The notes under the pieces were generated by a model that did no database searches, had not been told where the DNA came from, and saw only the letters and a list, made by a program, of their open reading frames with translations. From contig CAWAIF010000003.1 in assembly GCA_963782055.1 (NCBI GenBank), positions 768,001 to 832,000 on the forward strand: 64,000 nucleotides of DNA, in the 5' to 3' direction. Shown one piece after another: positions 42,577 to 51,228 of this stretch (its first letter is position 1; every line of letters begins with the position of its first letter). Source of the DNA: an uncultured delta proteobacterium (lineage in GTDB: Bacteria > Myxococcota_A > Polyangia > Polyangiales > Polyangiaceae). A program made the translations under genes and the position numbers.

Positions 42577-42715
42577 CCCGGACCACGCTAGCACGAGTGA
42601 ACTCCGCGCGCGGAGTGAACCGTGGCGGGGGCGCCGGTCCGCTGTTGCCGCGCGAGCGAAACGCGGGCACGATCGCCCCGCGCTCGGGGGGCACGCGACG
42701 CATCACACATCCACG

Positions 42716-44632
42716 ATGAGGCCGTTCATGATCGCCCGCTCTCCGCGAAGACGATTCGCCGCGCTCGTGCTGTCCGTCTGCATGGGCATCGTCGGGCTGG
42801 GGCTCGTCCCTGGCTGCGACGGCGCGGACTCTCCCGGTGACCCCACGACAGCGGATGCAGGCTCGAGCTCGGCGGCCGACATCGTGAGCTTCACGATCAA
42901 CGGCTCCGCGGCGACGATCACGGGGACCGACATCACGCTCGTGCTCCCCGCCGGCACGGACCTGAAGGCGCTGGCCCCGACCATCGTCACCTCCCCCGGC
43001 GCCACCGTGAGCCCCGCCTCCGGCAGCCAGGTCGATTTCACCTCGCCGGTCAGCTTCACGGTGACGGCGGCGGACAACAAGACGTCGAAGGTCTACGTCG
43101 CGACCGTCACCGTCCCCGCGTACCTGCGAGCCTTCTACGTCTCCAACGACGGCGACGACTCCGCGTCCGGGACCACCCCCGCGACGGCGTGGAAGACCAT
43201 CGCGCACGTCAACGGGCTCACGACGCTGGCGCCCGGCGACGCCGTCCTCTTCGAGCGAGGAGGCACGTGGCGCGAGACCCTGGTCGTGCCGGCGTCGGGG
43301 GACGACACCAACGACATCACCTTCGGCAACTACGTGGGGAATCACGGGACCGCCAAGCCGAAGATCCTCGGCTCGGTTCAAGTGGCCGGCTGGACGGAGA
43401 CGAGCCCCAACAGCCACGTGTGGCAGTCCACCAACACCTTCCAGGACCCCAGCACGCAGCCGGCGATCGCGGACATCTTCTTCGACGCTGCGGGCGCCGT
43501 CACCTGGGGTATGTACGAGAGCGCCGGCACGAGCGCCCTGAAGGCGGAGTATCAGTGGACCTGGAGCGGGGGCTCCATCTACGTCTACGGAGCGAGCGAC
43601 CCGGGCAAGAAGTACACCGCCGTCGAGGTGCCGCAGAACAAGTACGGGTTCGACCTGAACAACGAGCAGCACCTGCACTTCGACGGGATCGACGTCTCGT
43701 ACACGCGATGGTCGGGGTACGGGTACAACAACTCGAAGTTCAGCCAGAACGAGCGATTCGGGCTGACCATCGAGAACGCCGAGATCTCCTACCTGGGCTC
43801 CTACATGGCCGTGAACGGCATCACCGACATCTCGATCGGCGACGTCGGCTACGGGACCGAGCTCGCCTACACGAACATGATCGTCCGCAACAACAAGATT
43901 CACGATTGCGGACGAAGGGGCCTCTCCTTTCACCTGTACGGGAACGGGTTCACCGCCAAGAACATCCTGATCGAGGGCAACGAGTTCTTCGACGGCTCCC
44001 ACACGACGGGGCCCGACTTCAGCGTGGGCACGGGCTACACGGCCAGCATCAGCGACGTGATCATCCGCAACAACCTGATCTACGAGAACCCGGGGAGAGC
44101 CGCCAACATCCACTCCGAGCTGATGTTCTTCCAGAATCGCGTGAGCTCGGCCACCCTCGGGAACGTGTCGATCTACAACAACGTCTTCAGGTTCGCGAAC
44201 GGCTACGGCATCTTGGCTGAGGGGGTTTTGGGCTCGCTGAAGATCTTCCACAACGTGTTTGACGGCTTCAACACCATCGGCACCGCGCAGATCAGCGTGC
44301 AGAACAACGGGCAGGACGCCCACGCGACGATCAAGGACAACGTGTTCTACTCGGCGAGCAAGAAGGGTACCGGCGTGGAGACGTACGGCGGCCAGAACGT
44401 CGCGTTGGTCGACAGCGCGTACAACGTCTTCTTCAACACCAAGTCCACCCTCGGGGCCGAAACGGGCAGCCTGACCGCCGACCCCATGTTCGTGGACCCG
44501 GCGACGTACGACTTTCACTTGCAGGCTGGCTCCCCGGCGATCAACGCGGGAACGGACGTCGGGATCGCCTCCGACCGCGACGGCAATCCACGCGTGGGCG
44601 CGCCGGACATCGGTGCGTACGAGTTCCAGTGA
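42716..44632 (+). CDS. Secreted lipoprotein: DUF5018-like Ig domain, right-handed beta-helix, choice-of-anchor-Q-like tail
   Basis: DFTSPV.FTVTAAD; FYVS.DGDD..SGT..A.W.TI; I.NN repeats; DFHLQAGSPAINAG..PDIGAYE; exact start uncertain. Confidence 0.8.
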   Translation: MRPFMIARSPRRRFAALVLSVCMGIVGLGLVPGCDGADSPGDPTTADAGSSSAADIVSFTINGSAATITGTDITLVLPAGTDLKALAPTIVTSPGATVSPASGSQVDFTSPVSFTVTAADNKTSKVYVATVTVPAYLRAFYVSNDGDDSASGTTPATAWKTIAHVNGLTTLAPGDAVLFERGGTWRETLVVPASGDDTNDITFGNYVGNHGTAKPKILGSVQVAGWTETSPNSHVWQSTNTFQDPSTQPAIADIFFDAAGAVTWGMYESAGTSALKAEYQWTWSGGSIYVYGASDPGKKYTAVEVPQNKYGFDLNNEQHLHFDGIDVSYTRWSGYGYNNSKFSQNERFGLTIENAEISYLGSYMAVNGITDISIGDVGYGTELAYTNMIVRNNKIHDCGRRGLSFHLYGNGFTAKNILIEGNEFFDGSHTTGPDFSVGTGYTASISDVIIRNNLIYENPGRAANIHSELMFFQNRVSSATLGNVSIYNNVFRFANGYGILAEGVLGSLKIFHNVFDGFNTIGTAQISVQNNGQDAHATIKDNVFYSASKKGTGVETYGGQNVALVDSAYNVFFNTKSTLGAETGSLTADPMFVDPATYDFHLQAGSPAINAGTDVGIASDRDGNPRVGAPDIGAYEFQ

Positions 44633-44669
44633 AGGGCGCGCGGCCAGGATGACGGACTGAGCGGCCGCT

Positions 44670-47135
44670 CTACCCCTCCAAGATCGCCGGATCCATCCCC
44701 GCCCGCCGCACCAACTCGGCCAGCCGCGTCTCGTCCACGCACGCCTGCGCGATCGCCGAGAGCGCGCGCAGGTGCTCCTCCGGCTGGTCCAGCGGGCTCA
44801 CGAGCAGCAGCACCACGTGCGCCGGGCGCTCCAGGTTGGGGAAGCGCACTCCCTCGCGCGAGAGGCCGAGGAAGAGCAGCGGGCGGTTCACGCCCTTCAC
44901 CCTCACGTGGGGCAGCACCACCCCCGGCTTGAGCTCCGGCGCGTCGTCGCGCAGGGCGAGCGTCAGCGCGGAGAGGATCCGCTCGCGTCGCGCCTCCGTC
45001 TCGTGCGGGTCGCTGGCGAGCAGCTCCCGCAGCGCGTCCTCGTACCCCGACGGCAGGTTCGCCACCACGCGCTCGGGGGTGAGGTAGGCGTCCAGGGAGC
45101 CCTCCTCCGCCGGCTCGGGCTGCCGCTCCTCGCCGGTGGGCTCGCCGGGGTAGACGAACATCAGCGGCACCGCGCTCGTCGCCCCGACGACCAGCCGGGC
45201 GAGCCGATCGAGCCGGGCGTTCCACGCGAGCGTGCCACGCCGCGCGTGCAGCAGCACGACGAGGTCGTCGCGGTGCACCAGGTATTCCAGGCGCTCGCGC
45301 AGCCCGCGCGACGTCACCGGGGGGAGAAACTCGGTCGGGACCGCGGGCTTCATCGCCCCCACGTCGCGCGCGATCGCCTTGCCGTCCTCGTCGATCACCA
45401 GGACGTTCATCTTCGCGTCGAGCTGGTGGGCGAGGCGGCGGATGGTGCGCATCGCCTCCGGGAAGCCGGGCCCGTGGTTGGCGAGCTGCGGCACGAGCAC
45501 CAGCACGCGGTTGACGGCGTTGAGCGCGCCCGGCAGACGCGCCACCACCAGCTGCACGCGCGTGCGCTCGAGGAGCTGGTCGAGCACGCTGCCGAAGACC
45601 GCCGACGGGGCGCCCGACCGGCTGTCCCACCCGAGGACCACGGTGGACGCGCGGCGCTCGGCGACGCCACGGGCGATGCCGCTCGCCACGTTGTGGTCCA
45701 CGCGGGTGACCGCGTGCACCGGCACCGACGCCCCCGACGCCCGCAGCACCGCGTGACCGAGCATGCGCTCGGCGCGCGCCACGCCCGCCTCGATGCCCTC
45801 GCCCTCGTCGCCCACCACCATCAGCGGCAGGAGCGGCTCGGTGGAGCCGGTGGGCCGGAGCAGGATGGCCAGGTCGACCAGCGCGTCGCGGCTGGTCGGG
45901 TTGGAGATGGGCACGATGATGCGCGTCGGCGCCTCCCCCGACGGCCTGGCGCGCTCCTCGCGCAGCGCCATCTCGCGCCCCCAGCGCGTCACGGCCCAGG
46001 GGCCCAGGCCGCACGTCACGATGATGATGACCACCACCGCGTCGACGGCGGGGAGGCCGAACAGGCCGAGGTCGTAGCCGACCAGGGCGATGGCCATCGT
46101 CGCTGCGGCGCGCGAGACCGAGAGGCCGAACATGACCCAGCCGTCCTCCGCCGGAAAGCGGAAGAGCTTCTGCGTGACGATCGCCGCGAGGCCCTTGGCC
46201 AGGATGACGCTGCCGGTGAGCGCCGCGATGGCGCGCCACGCCTCCTCGTGCACGAAGGCGCGCACGTCCACCAGCATGCCCACCGAGAGCAGGAAGAAGG
46301 GGACGAAGAGGGTCGTCGCGGCGAAGCGGATGCGGCTCATCAGCGCGCTCTGCTCCGGCACGAAGCGGTTGAGGGCGAAGCCGGCGAGCAGCGCGCCGAT
46401 GAGCGGCTCGATGCCGAGCACGTCGGCGCCGTAGGAGCAGGCGAAGAGCATCGCGAGGGCGAAGGCGAAGTCCAGCTCGCCGCCCGCGCCGAAGCGGCGG
46501 AAGAACCACCGCGCGAGGCGCGGCAGGCCGAGCAGGATGAGGGCGGCGTACGCGGGGAGCATTCCGGCGAGCCGTATCCAGAGGGCGATGCCCGCCCCTC
46601 CCTGCCGGATCCCGGCGACCACCGCGAGCACCAGGACGGCCAGGGTGTCGGTGATGAAGGTGCCGCCCAGGACGGTGGTGACCGCCGGCGTCTTCACGAT
46701 GCCGAGGCGGCTCGCGATGGGATACGCGACGAGGGTGTGCGAGGCGAACATGGCGCCGAGCAGCAGCGCGGCGTGCCACCCGTAGCCGAGGGCGAGGGAG
46801 ACGCCCCCGCCGATGACGAGCGGGAAGAAGAAGGACGTCAGGCCGAAGATCAGGCTCGGACGCCTGTGGCGGCGGAACTGCTCCATGTCCAGCTCGAGGC
46901 CGACCAGGAACATGAGGTAGAGCAGTCCGAGGGTGCCGAGGAGCTGGATGGCCTCGCCGCGCCGCAGCAGGTTGACGCCGTTCGGCCCGACGACCGCGCC
47001 GACCAGGATGAGGCCGATGAGGCCCGGCACGCGCATGCGCTCGAAGAACGTCGGCACGACGAGGAACACCGCCGTCGCGATGGCGAAGAAGAGCACCGGG
47101 TCGGTGGTCGGGAACGCGGGCAGGTGGAGGTGCAT
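44670..47135 (-). CDS. Cation:proton antiporter (CPA2) fused to USP-like and PTS EIIA domains
   Basis: About 12 TM with GLLYLMFLVGLE, GALLAG, VPFFLLSVG; IIVPISNP USP start; GVVLPH..F.G.S.EG+.F..HLRALS EIIA. Confidence 0.85.
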   Translation of the reverse strand: MHLHLPAFPTTDPVLFFAIATAVFLVVPTFFERMRVPGLIGLILVGAVVGPNGVNLLRRGEAIQLLGTLGLLYLMFLVGLELDMEQFRRHRRPSLIFGLTSFFFPLVIGGGVSLALGYGWHAALLLGAMFASHTLVAYPIASRLGIVKTPAVTTVLGGTFITDTLAVLVLAVVAGIRQGGAGIALWIRLAGMLPAYAALILLGLPRLARWFFRRFGAGGELDFAFALAMLFACSYGADVLGIEPLIGALLAGFALNRFVPEQSALMSRIRFAATTLFVPFFLLSVGMLVDVRAFVHEEAWRAIAALTGSVILAKGLAAIVTQKLFRFPAEDGWVMFGLSVSRAAATMAIALVGYDLGLFGLPAVDAVVVIIIVTCGLGPWAVTRWGREMALREERARPSGEAPTRIIVPISNPTSRDALVDLAILLRPTGSTEPLLPLMVVGDEGEGIEAGVARAERMLGHAVLRASGASVPVHAVTRVDHNVASGIARGVAERRASTVVLGWDSRSGAPSAVFGSVLDQLLERTRVQLVVARLPGALNAVNRVLVLVPQLANHGPGFPEAMRTIRRLAHQLDAKMNVLVIDEDGKAIARDVGAMKPAVPTEFLPPVTSRGLRERLEYLVHRDDLVVLLHARRGTLAWNARLDRLARLVVGATSAVPLMFVYPGEPTGEERQPEPAEEGSLDAYLTPERVVANLPSGYEDALRELLASDPHETEARRERILSALTLALRDDAPELKPGVVLPHVRVKGVNRPLLFLGLSREGVRFPNLERPAHVVLLLVSPLDQPEEHLRALSAIAQACVDETRLAELVRRAGMDPAILEG

Positions 47136-47234
47136 CGTCGGCGTGGAGCCGCGCAGCGCACGCGCGCCGCCTGGCGGATCGACGGATGGTTCACCGCGGG
47201 CGGCGGGATGTCGAGGAGATCAGGAGCGTCGGGG

Positions 47235-47468
47235 TCAGTGGGTGATGATCGGTGGCTTCACGAACGCGTCGACCGCGGCGTCGGTGCCGGGTGGCGGGAG
47301 CGCGGAGTCGAACGACGCATCGGGAACGCCCGTGGTGGCGTCGGGGGGGGCCACGTCCACGGCCGCGTCGTCGCCCCCGCCGGCGTCTCTGTCGACCACG
47401 GCGCCCCCGCAGCGCGAGGACGCGAGACCCGACAGGACGATGGCGGCAAACAACCTGTGACGCATCAT
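47235..47468 (-). CDS. Small putative lipoprotein, D/A/G-rich
   Basis: Start overlaps the ferritin-like stop; GGAG upstream; signal + CGG. Confidence 0.6.
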   Translation of the reverse strand: MMRHRLFAAIVLSGLASSRCGGAVVDRDAGGGDDAAVDVAPPDATTGVPDASFDSALPPPGTDAAVDAFVKPPIITH

Positions 47469-48169
47469 GCTCCAACCTCCGTCGCGCGCACTTGCTCGAG
47501 CGCCGCGCGAGCGCGCGACGTGTCGAGCCCGGCCTCGTCGAAGCCCGCCAGCACGAGCGTGCCGACCGCGTCGCAGGCGACGGCGCGCGTCTCGCCCAGC
47601 GAGAGCACGCCGTGCTCGTGCGCTCCCTCCGGGAGGACGTGGGCCTTTGGCCCCATCCAGACGCGGAGCGTGGCCCGGACCATGGTCGAAAGATAGGCGC
47701 CGACAATCGCGCGAAACGGCCGGAACGCGGGCGAGCCGACGAACGCCCACCCGGTGCGCGCGTGGAGGATCTCGTCGCCGAGCAGCTCCCGCAGCGCCGC
47801 GCGCGCGGCCGGCTCGACCGCCACGGCGTGCGACCGCTCGAGCCACGCGTTGGCCACCGTCTCGCTCATGCACGCGTGGCTCACGAGCGCGAGCGCCGCG
47901 CGCTCCTCGGGCGACACGCCTTCGAGACGGAGCTCCTCGCTCGACACCGCGCCCGGCCAGCGGGCGTCACCGCCGTGCCGCCGCGACATCTCGAGGCACA
48001 GGTTCGCATGCCGGAGCTCGTCGCCCGGCGCGCGCGCCAGCATCTCGAGGACCGAGGCCGGAAACCCTGCCGCGATCGCGTCGGTCACGAGGCGCGCCGA
48101 GTAGCTCGCGACGGCGAGCTCACTCTCCGCGCGCTCCTTCCAGTGGTTGGCGAGCCACACGGTACCCAT
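47465..48169 (-). CDS. Ferritin-like (di-iron) domain protein
   Basis: W..RA.SE, DELRHA, C.SET.A, DEILHAR.GW: paired ExxH motifs. Confidence 0.75.
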   Translation of the reverse strand: MGTVWLANHWKERAESELAVASYSARLVTDAIAAGFPASVLEMLARAPGDELRHANLCLEMSRRHGGDARWPGAVSSEELRLEGVSPEERAALALVSHACMSETVANAWLERSHAVAVEPAARAALRELLGDEILHARTGWAFVGSPAFRPFRAIVGAYLSTMVRATLRVWMGPKAHVLPEGAHEHGVLSLGETRAVACDAVGTLVLAGFDEAGLDTSRARAALEQVRATEVGA

Positions 48170-48260
48170 AGGGCGAGAGTGAACCCGATCGTCGAACGTG
48201 TCACTCCCCAGGCGTCACCTCGCGGTCATCACCACCGCGCCCTCGCCGCCGCTCTGCCGC

Positions 48261-48551
48261 TCAGCTCCTGGCGCTCTCGCCCGGCGTGTAGCCCGACCGG
48301 GAGATCAGGTAGTGCCCGGCGCGCAAGAGCGCGAGCGAGGCGACCGTGATGCCGAGAGTTGCCGCGAGGGTGAGCGCGAGGCCGGCGTGCTGAATGGACG
48401 ACCAGAACGAGCCGGCGACGATCGCCATGCCCACGGCGATGAAGCGCGTGAGGGTGGGCATGAGCTCGTCGTGAGCGCGAACGAGGCGGAGCGAGATCTC
48501 CCCGGTCACGATGCCAATGAGCACGTACGCGAAAATGGTGATGTCTCCCAT
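48261..48551 (-). CDS. Small membrane protein (3 TM)
   Basis: AGGAGG RBS; hydrophobic; sigma54-like promoter upstream. Confidence 0.65.
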   Translation of the reverse strand: MGDITIFAYVLIGIVTGEISLRLVRAHDELMPTLTRFIAVGMAIVAGSFWSSIQHAGLALTLAATLGITVASLALLRAGHYLISRSGYTPGESARS

Positions 48552-48612
48552 GCCGACCTCCTGATGGCCCTTCCGCCAGGGTCAGGCGGTTGGCGCGTGT
48601 CGCCGCAGGAAG

Positions 48613-48628
48613 TGCACGCCACGTGCCA
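48613..48628 (-). promoter_or_regulatory. Sigma54 (-24/-12) promoter
   Basis: TGGCACG-TGGC-GTGCA, GG-N10-GC, ~60 nt upstream of the 48551 start. Confidence 0.55.
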
Positions 48629-48813
48629 CGCCGGCGCTTCCGTCGGGAAACCGTGGAACCCGCGGCGGCCAGTCGAGCGCATGGCTGGCTCGCGGCAAAT
48701 CACCGCGCGCCTGGTGCACACCCGACGCACGCGCTGCGCGCGCGAGACCGGACGCGCACTCGCTTCGCCTGCATCGTCCGCGACGGCTTGCTCTCGCGCG
48801 CCGCGAGGAGCGG

Positions 48814-49077
48814 CTACGCCTTGCCGGCGGTGCTGGCGCGGTCGGCGGCCGAAAGCGCGAAGACCAGGACGTTCGCGAGCAGCAAGGTGCCCGCCGTCGC
48901 GGCGACGATGAGCATCCCGCTCCGACCGGTGGGCGTCTCGGTGTACGGGATCGGCTGAACGCCTTCGCTCGTCCGGACCCACGCCAGGAGGTCCGAAGCG
49001 AAGTCGAACACGACGAAGGTCAGCAGCGCCTGGTACGCGATGATCGACGCGAGGAGTACCTTGTAGCGAGCGGCCAT
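48814..49077 (-). CDS. Small membrane protein (2 TM)
   Basis: Two hydrophobic segments; start taken at MAARYK. Confidence 0.55.
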   Translation of the reverse strand: MAARYKVLLASIIAYQALLTFVVFDFASDLLAWVRTSEGVQPIPYTETPTGRSGMLIVAATAGTLLLANVLVFALSAADRASTAGKA

Positions 49078-49126
49078 GGATCGCCGGGTTAGCACGCCCT
49101 GCGCTCTGCGTGCTCGACCGGGTGGA

Positions 49127-50047
49127 TCAGGCGCCCAGAAAAGCCAGCGTCGCCTCCGCGAAGGCCTGCGTCGCATCCACGTGCATGAAGTGGGAGCCCC
49201 GCTCCACCCGCACGAACGGCGCGTCGGGAAACAGGGCGTGGAAGCGGTCGCCCACCACGGCCGGCACCATCGGATCCTTCGCTGCGTAGAGGAAGAGCAG
49301 GGGCACCGGGAACTTGCCGCCCAGGCCGCGGAGTGTCGCCTCGAAGTCGCGCATCGCGCGCACGTCCAGCGTCTGCCGGAGCATGCGCAGGAACGCCCTG
49401 CGCCCCTCCGGCGTGCGAAGCGGCTCGGCGTACTCGCGGTGCTCCTCGCGCGACTTGAGCGTCTCGTCGAAGTAGTGGACGTTCTTGTGGACCCAGCGCT
49501 CCGGATCGCGCGCGACGCGCGAGTCCACGACGCCGAGGGCGAAGGGCGCGAGGGCGAGCGCCCAGCGCAGCGCGGTCATGCGCGCCGTCGGCAGGCCGGG
49601 CGAGTGGACGTTCACCAGCTTGCTCATGCTGCCCGCGTCGAGGAGCGCGAGGCGCATGGCGAGGTAGCCGCCGAGCGAGTTGCCGACGACGGGCGCGCCC
49701 CGGATGCCCAGCGCGCTCATCGTCTCCCCGATGGACGTGGCCAGCGCGTCCGGTCCGTAGTCGGCGTCGGGCTTGCTGGAGCGCCCGGCGCCCACCAGAT
49801 CGGGCGCGTAGCAGGTGAAGTGCTCGCCCAGCGGCGCGAGGGCGTAGCGCCAGGAGTAGCTGGTGGTCATGAAACCGTGCACGAGCAAGAGCGGCGGGCC
49901 GCTCCCGTGCACGCGCACGTGCACGTCCACCTTGCCGAAGGGGGTGGAGTCGAAGCTCACCGTCTCGGCGCGCGCGGCGAAGTAGCCGTGCGGGAGCCGC
50001 GGCTCGTCGGGTACGTCCTCGAAGGCGAGCTGGTGGAAGGGGGTCAC
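49127..50047 (-). CDS. Alpha/beta-fold hydrolase
   Basis: LLVHGF, APDL.G.G.S, GNSLGG nucleophile, D and GSHF catalytic residues; GTGA overlap. Confidence 0.9.
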   Translation of the reverse strand: MTPFHQLAFEDVPDEPRLPHGYFAARAETVSFDSTPFGKVDVHVRVHGSGPPLLLVHGFMTTSYSWRYALAPLGEHFTCYAPDLVGAGRSSKPDADYGPDALATSIGETMSALGIRGAPVVGNSLGGYLAMRLALLDAGSMSKLVNVHSPGLPTARMTALRWALALAPFALGVVDSRVARDPERWVHKNVHYFDETLKSREEHREYAEPLRTPEGRRAFLRMLRQTLDVRAMRDFEATLRGLGGKFPVPLLFLYAAKDPMVPAVVGDRFHALFPDAPFVRVERGSHFMHVDATQAFAEATLAFLGA

Positions 50048-51228
50048 AGGATTCGCTTCAAGGTATCTGCAAGATGCACGTATTCTTCCCGCGCGTTGTA
50101 TGCCTGCGCGGAGACGCGCAGCACGCGCTTCGGCGGCGCGGGCCAGGGCACCACCGGCACCTCGATGCGGTGCTGCTCGAAGAGCACGTCCTGCAGCGGG
50201 TCGCCGTAGAGGGACCGCGCGGGCACCGTGGGGTCGCCGTCGGGCAGGCAGACCGCGGCGAGGGTGCCGATCATGGAGTCCGGGCAGGGCGGCCTCTGCC
50301 CGAGCGCCGCGCACAGGATGCCGCTCGCCTCCAGGGCGAGGGCGCGGTTCTTCTCCATCAGCTCCGGCCAGCCGCCGGGGTGGAGGGTGCCCAGGAAGTC
50401 TATCGCCGCCGGGATGCAGAGCTGCGGGGAGGGGTCGCTCGTGCCCGTCCAGTCCATCTCCAGCAGGAAGCGGCTGCGGTCCTCGCGCGGGGAGTTGGCG
50501 CCGTGGCTGATGACCAGCGGCCGGATCCCGTTGCGCCGGTCCTCGCGCACGTAGAGGAAGGCGGACCCCTTCGGCGTGCAGAGCCACTTGTGGCAGTTGG
50601 CAGTGTAGAAGGGCACGCCCAGCGCGCCGATGTCCAGCGGCACCATCCCCGGCGCGTGCGCGCCATCGACCAGCAGATCCACGCCGCGCGCATCCAGCTC
50701 TCGCGCGAGCCGCGCCAGGGGCATCACCATCCCGGTGGGGCTGGTGACGTGGTCCAGCAGGCAGAGGCGGGTGCGCGGGGTGACGGCCTCCATGACGGCC
50801 GCCACCACGGCGTCCTCCGAGGGGGCGGGGAAGGGGACGCGCGTCACCACCACCGTGGCGCCCGCGGCGGCGGCGACGAAGTCCAGCGCGTTCTTGCAGG
50901 CGTTGTACTCGTGGTCGGTGGTGAGCAGCTCGTCGCCGGCGGCGAAGCGCAGCGAGCGCAGCACGGTGTTCACCCCGGTCGTGGCGTTGGGGACGAAGGC
51001 GATGCCGCCGGGCTGGGCGCCGACGAAGCGGCCGAGGACCTCGCGCGCGGCGTCCAGGTGGCCCTCCAGCTCGCGCACGAAGAAGGTGACCGGCTCGGCC
51101 TCCATGCGCGCGCGCCACCGCGACTGCGCTTCCAGGACGGGGATGGGCGTCGCCCCGAACGACCCGTGGTTGAGGAAGGTGATGCTCGGGTCGAGCGTCC
51201 AGTGCGCCGCGAGGGGCGACCGGCTCAT
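50044..51228 (-). CDS. Class-V PLP enzyme (isopenicillin-N-epimerase / C-S lyase-like)
   Basis: FLNHGSFGA, NATTG, HVTSPT, VDGAH, NCHKWL..PKG. Confidence 0.9.
   Translation of the reverse strand: MSRSPLAAHWTLDPSITFLNHGSFGATPIPVLEAQSRWRARMEAEPVTFFVRELEGHLDAAREVLGRFVGAQPGGIAFVPNATTGVNTVLRSLRFAAGDELLTTDHEYNACKNALDFVAAAAGATVVVTRVPFPAPSEDAVVAAVMEAVTPRTRLCLLDHVTSPTGMVMPLARLARELDARGVDLLVDGAHAPGMVPLDIGALGVPFYTANCHKWLCTPKGSAFLYVREDRRNGIRPLVISHGANSPREDRSRFLLEMDWTGTSDPSPQLCIPAAIDFLGTLHPGGWPELMEKNRALALEASGILCAALGQRPPCPDSMIGTLAAVCLPDGDPTVPARSLYGDPLQDVLFEQHRIEVPVVPWPAPPKRVLRVSAQAYNAREEYVHLADTLKRIL

Noticed and set aside
50044..51228. Beta-lactam or ergothioneine pathway assignment for the class-V enzyme
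   Set aside because: No other pathway genes nearby; family membership alone does not fix the substrate
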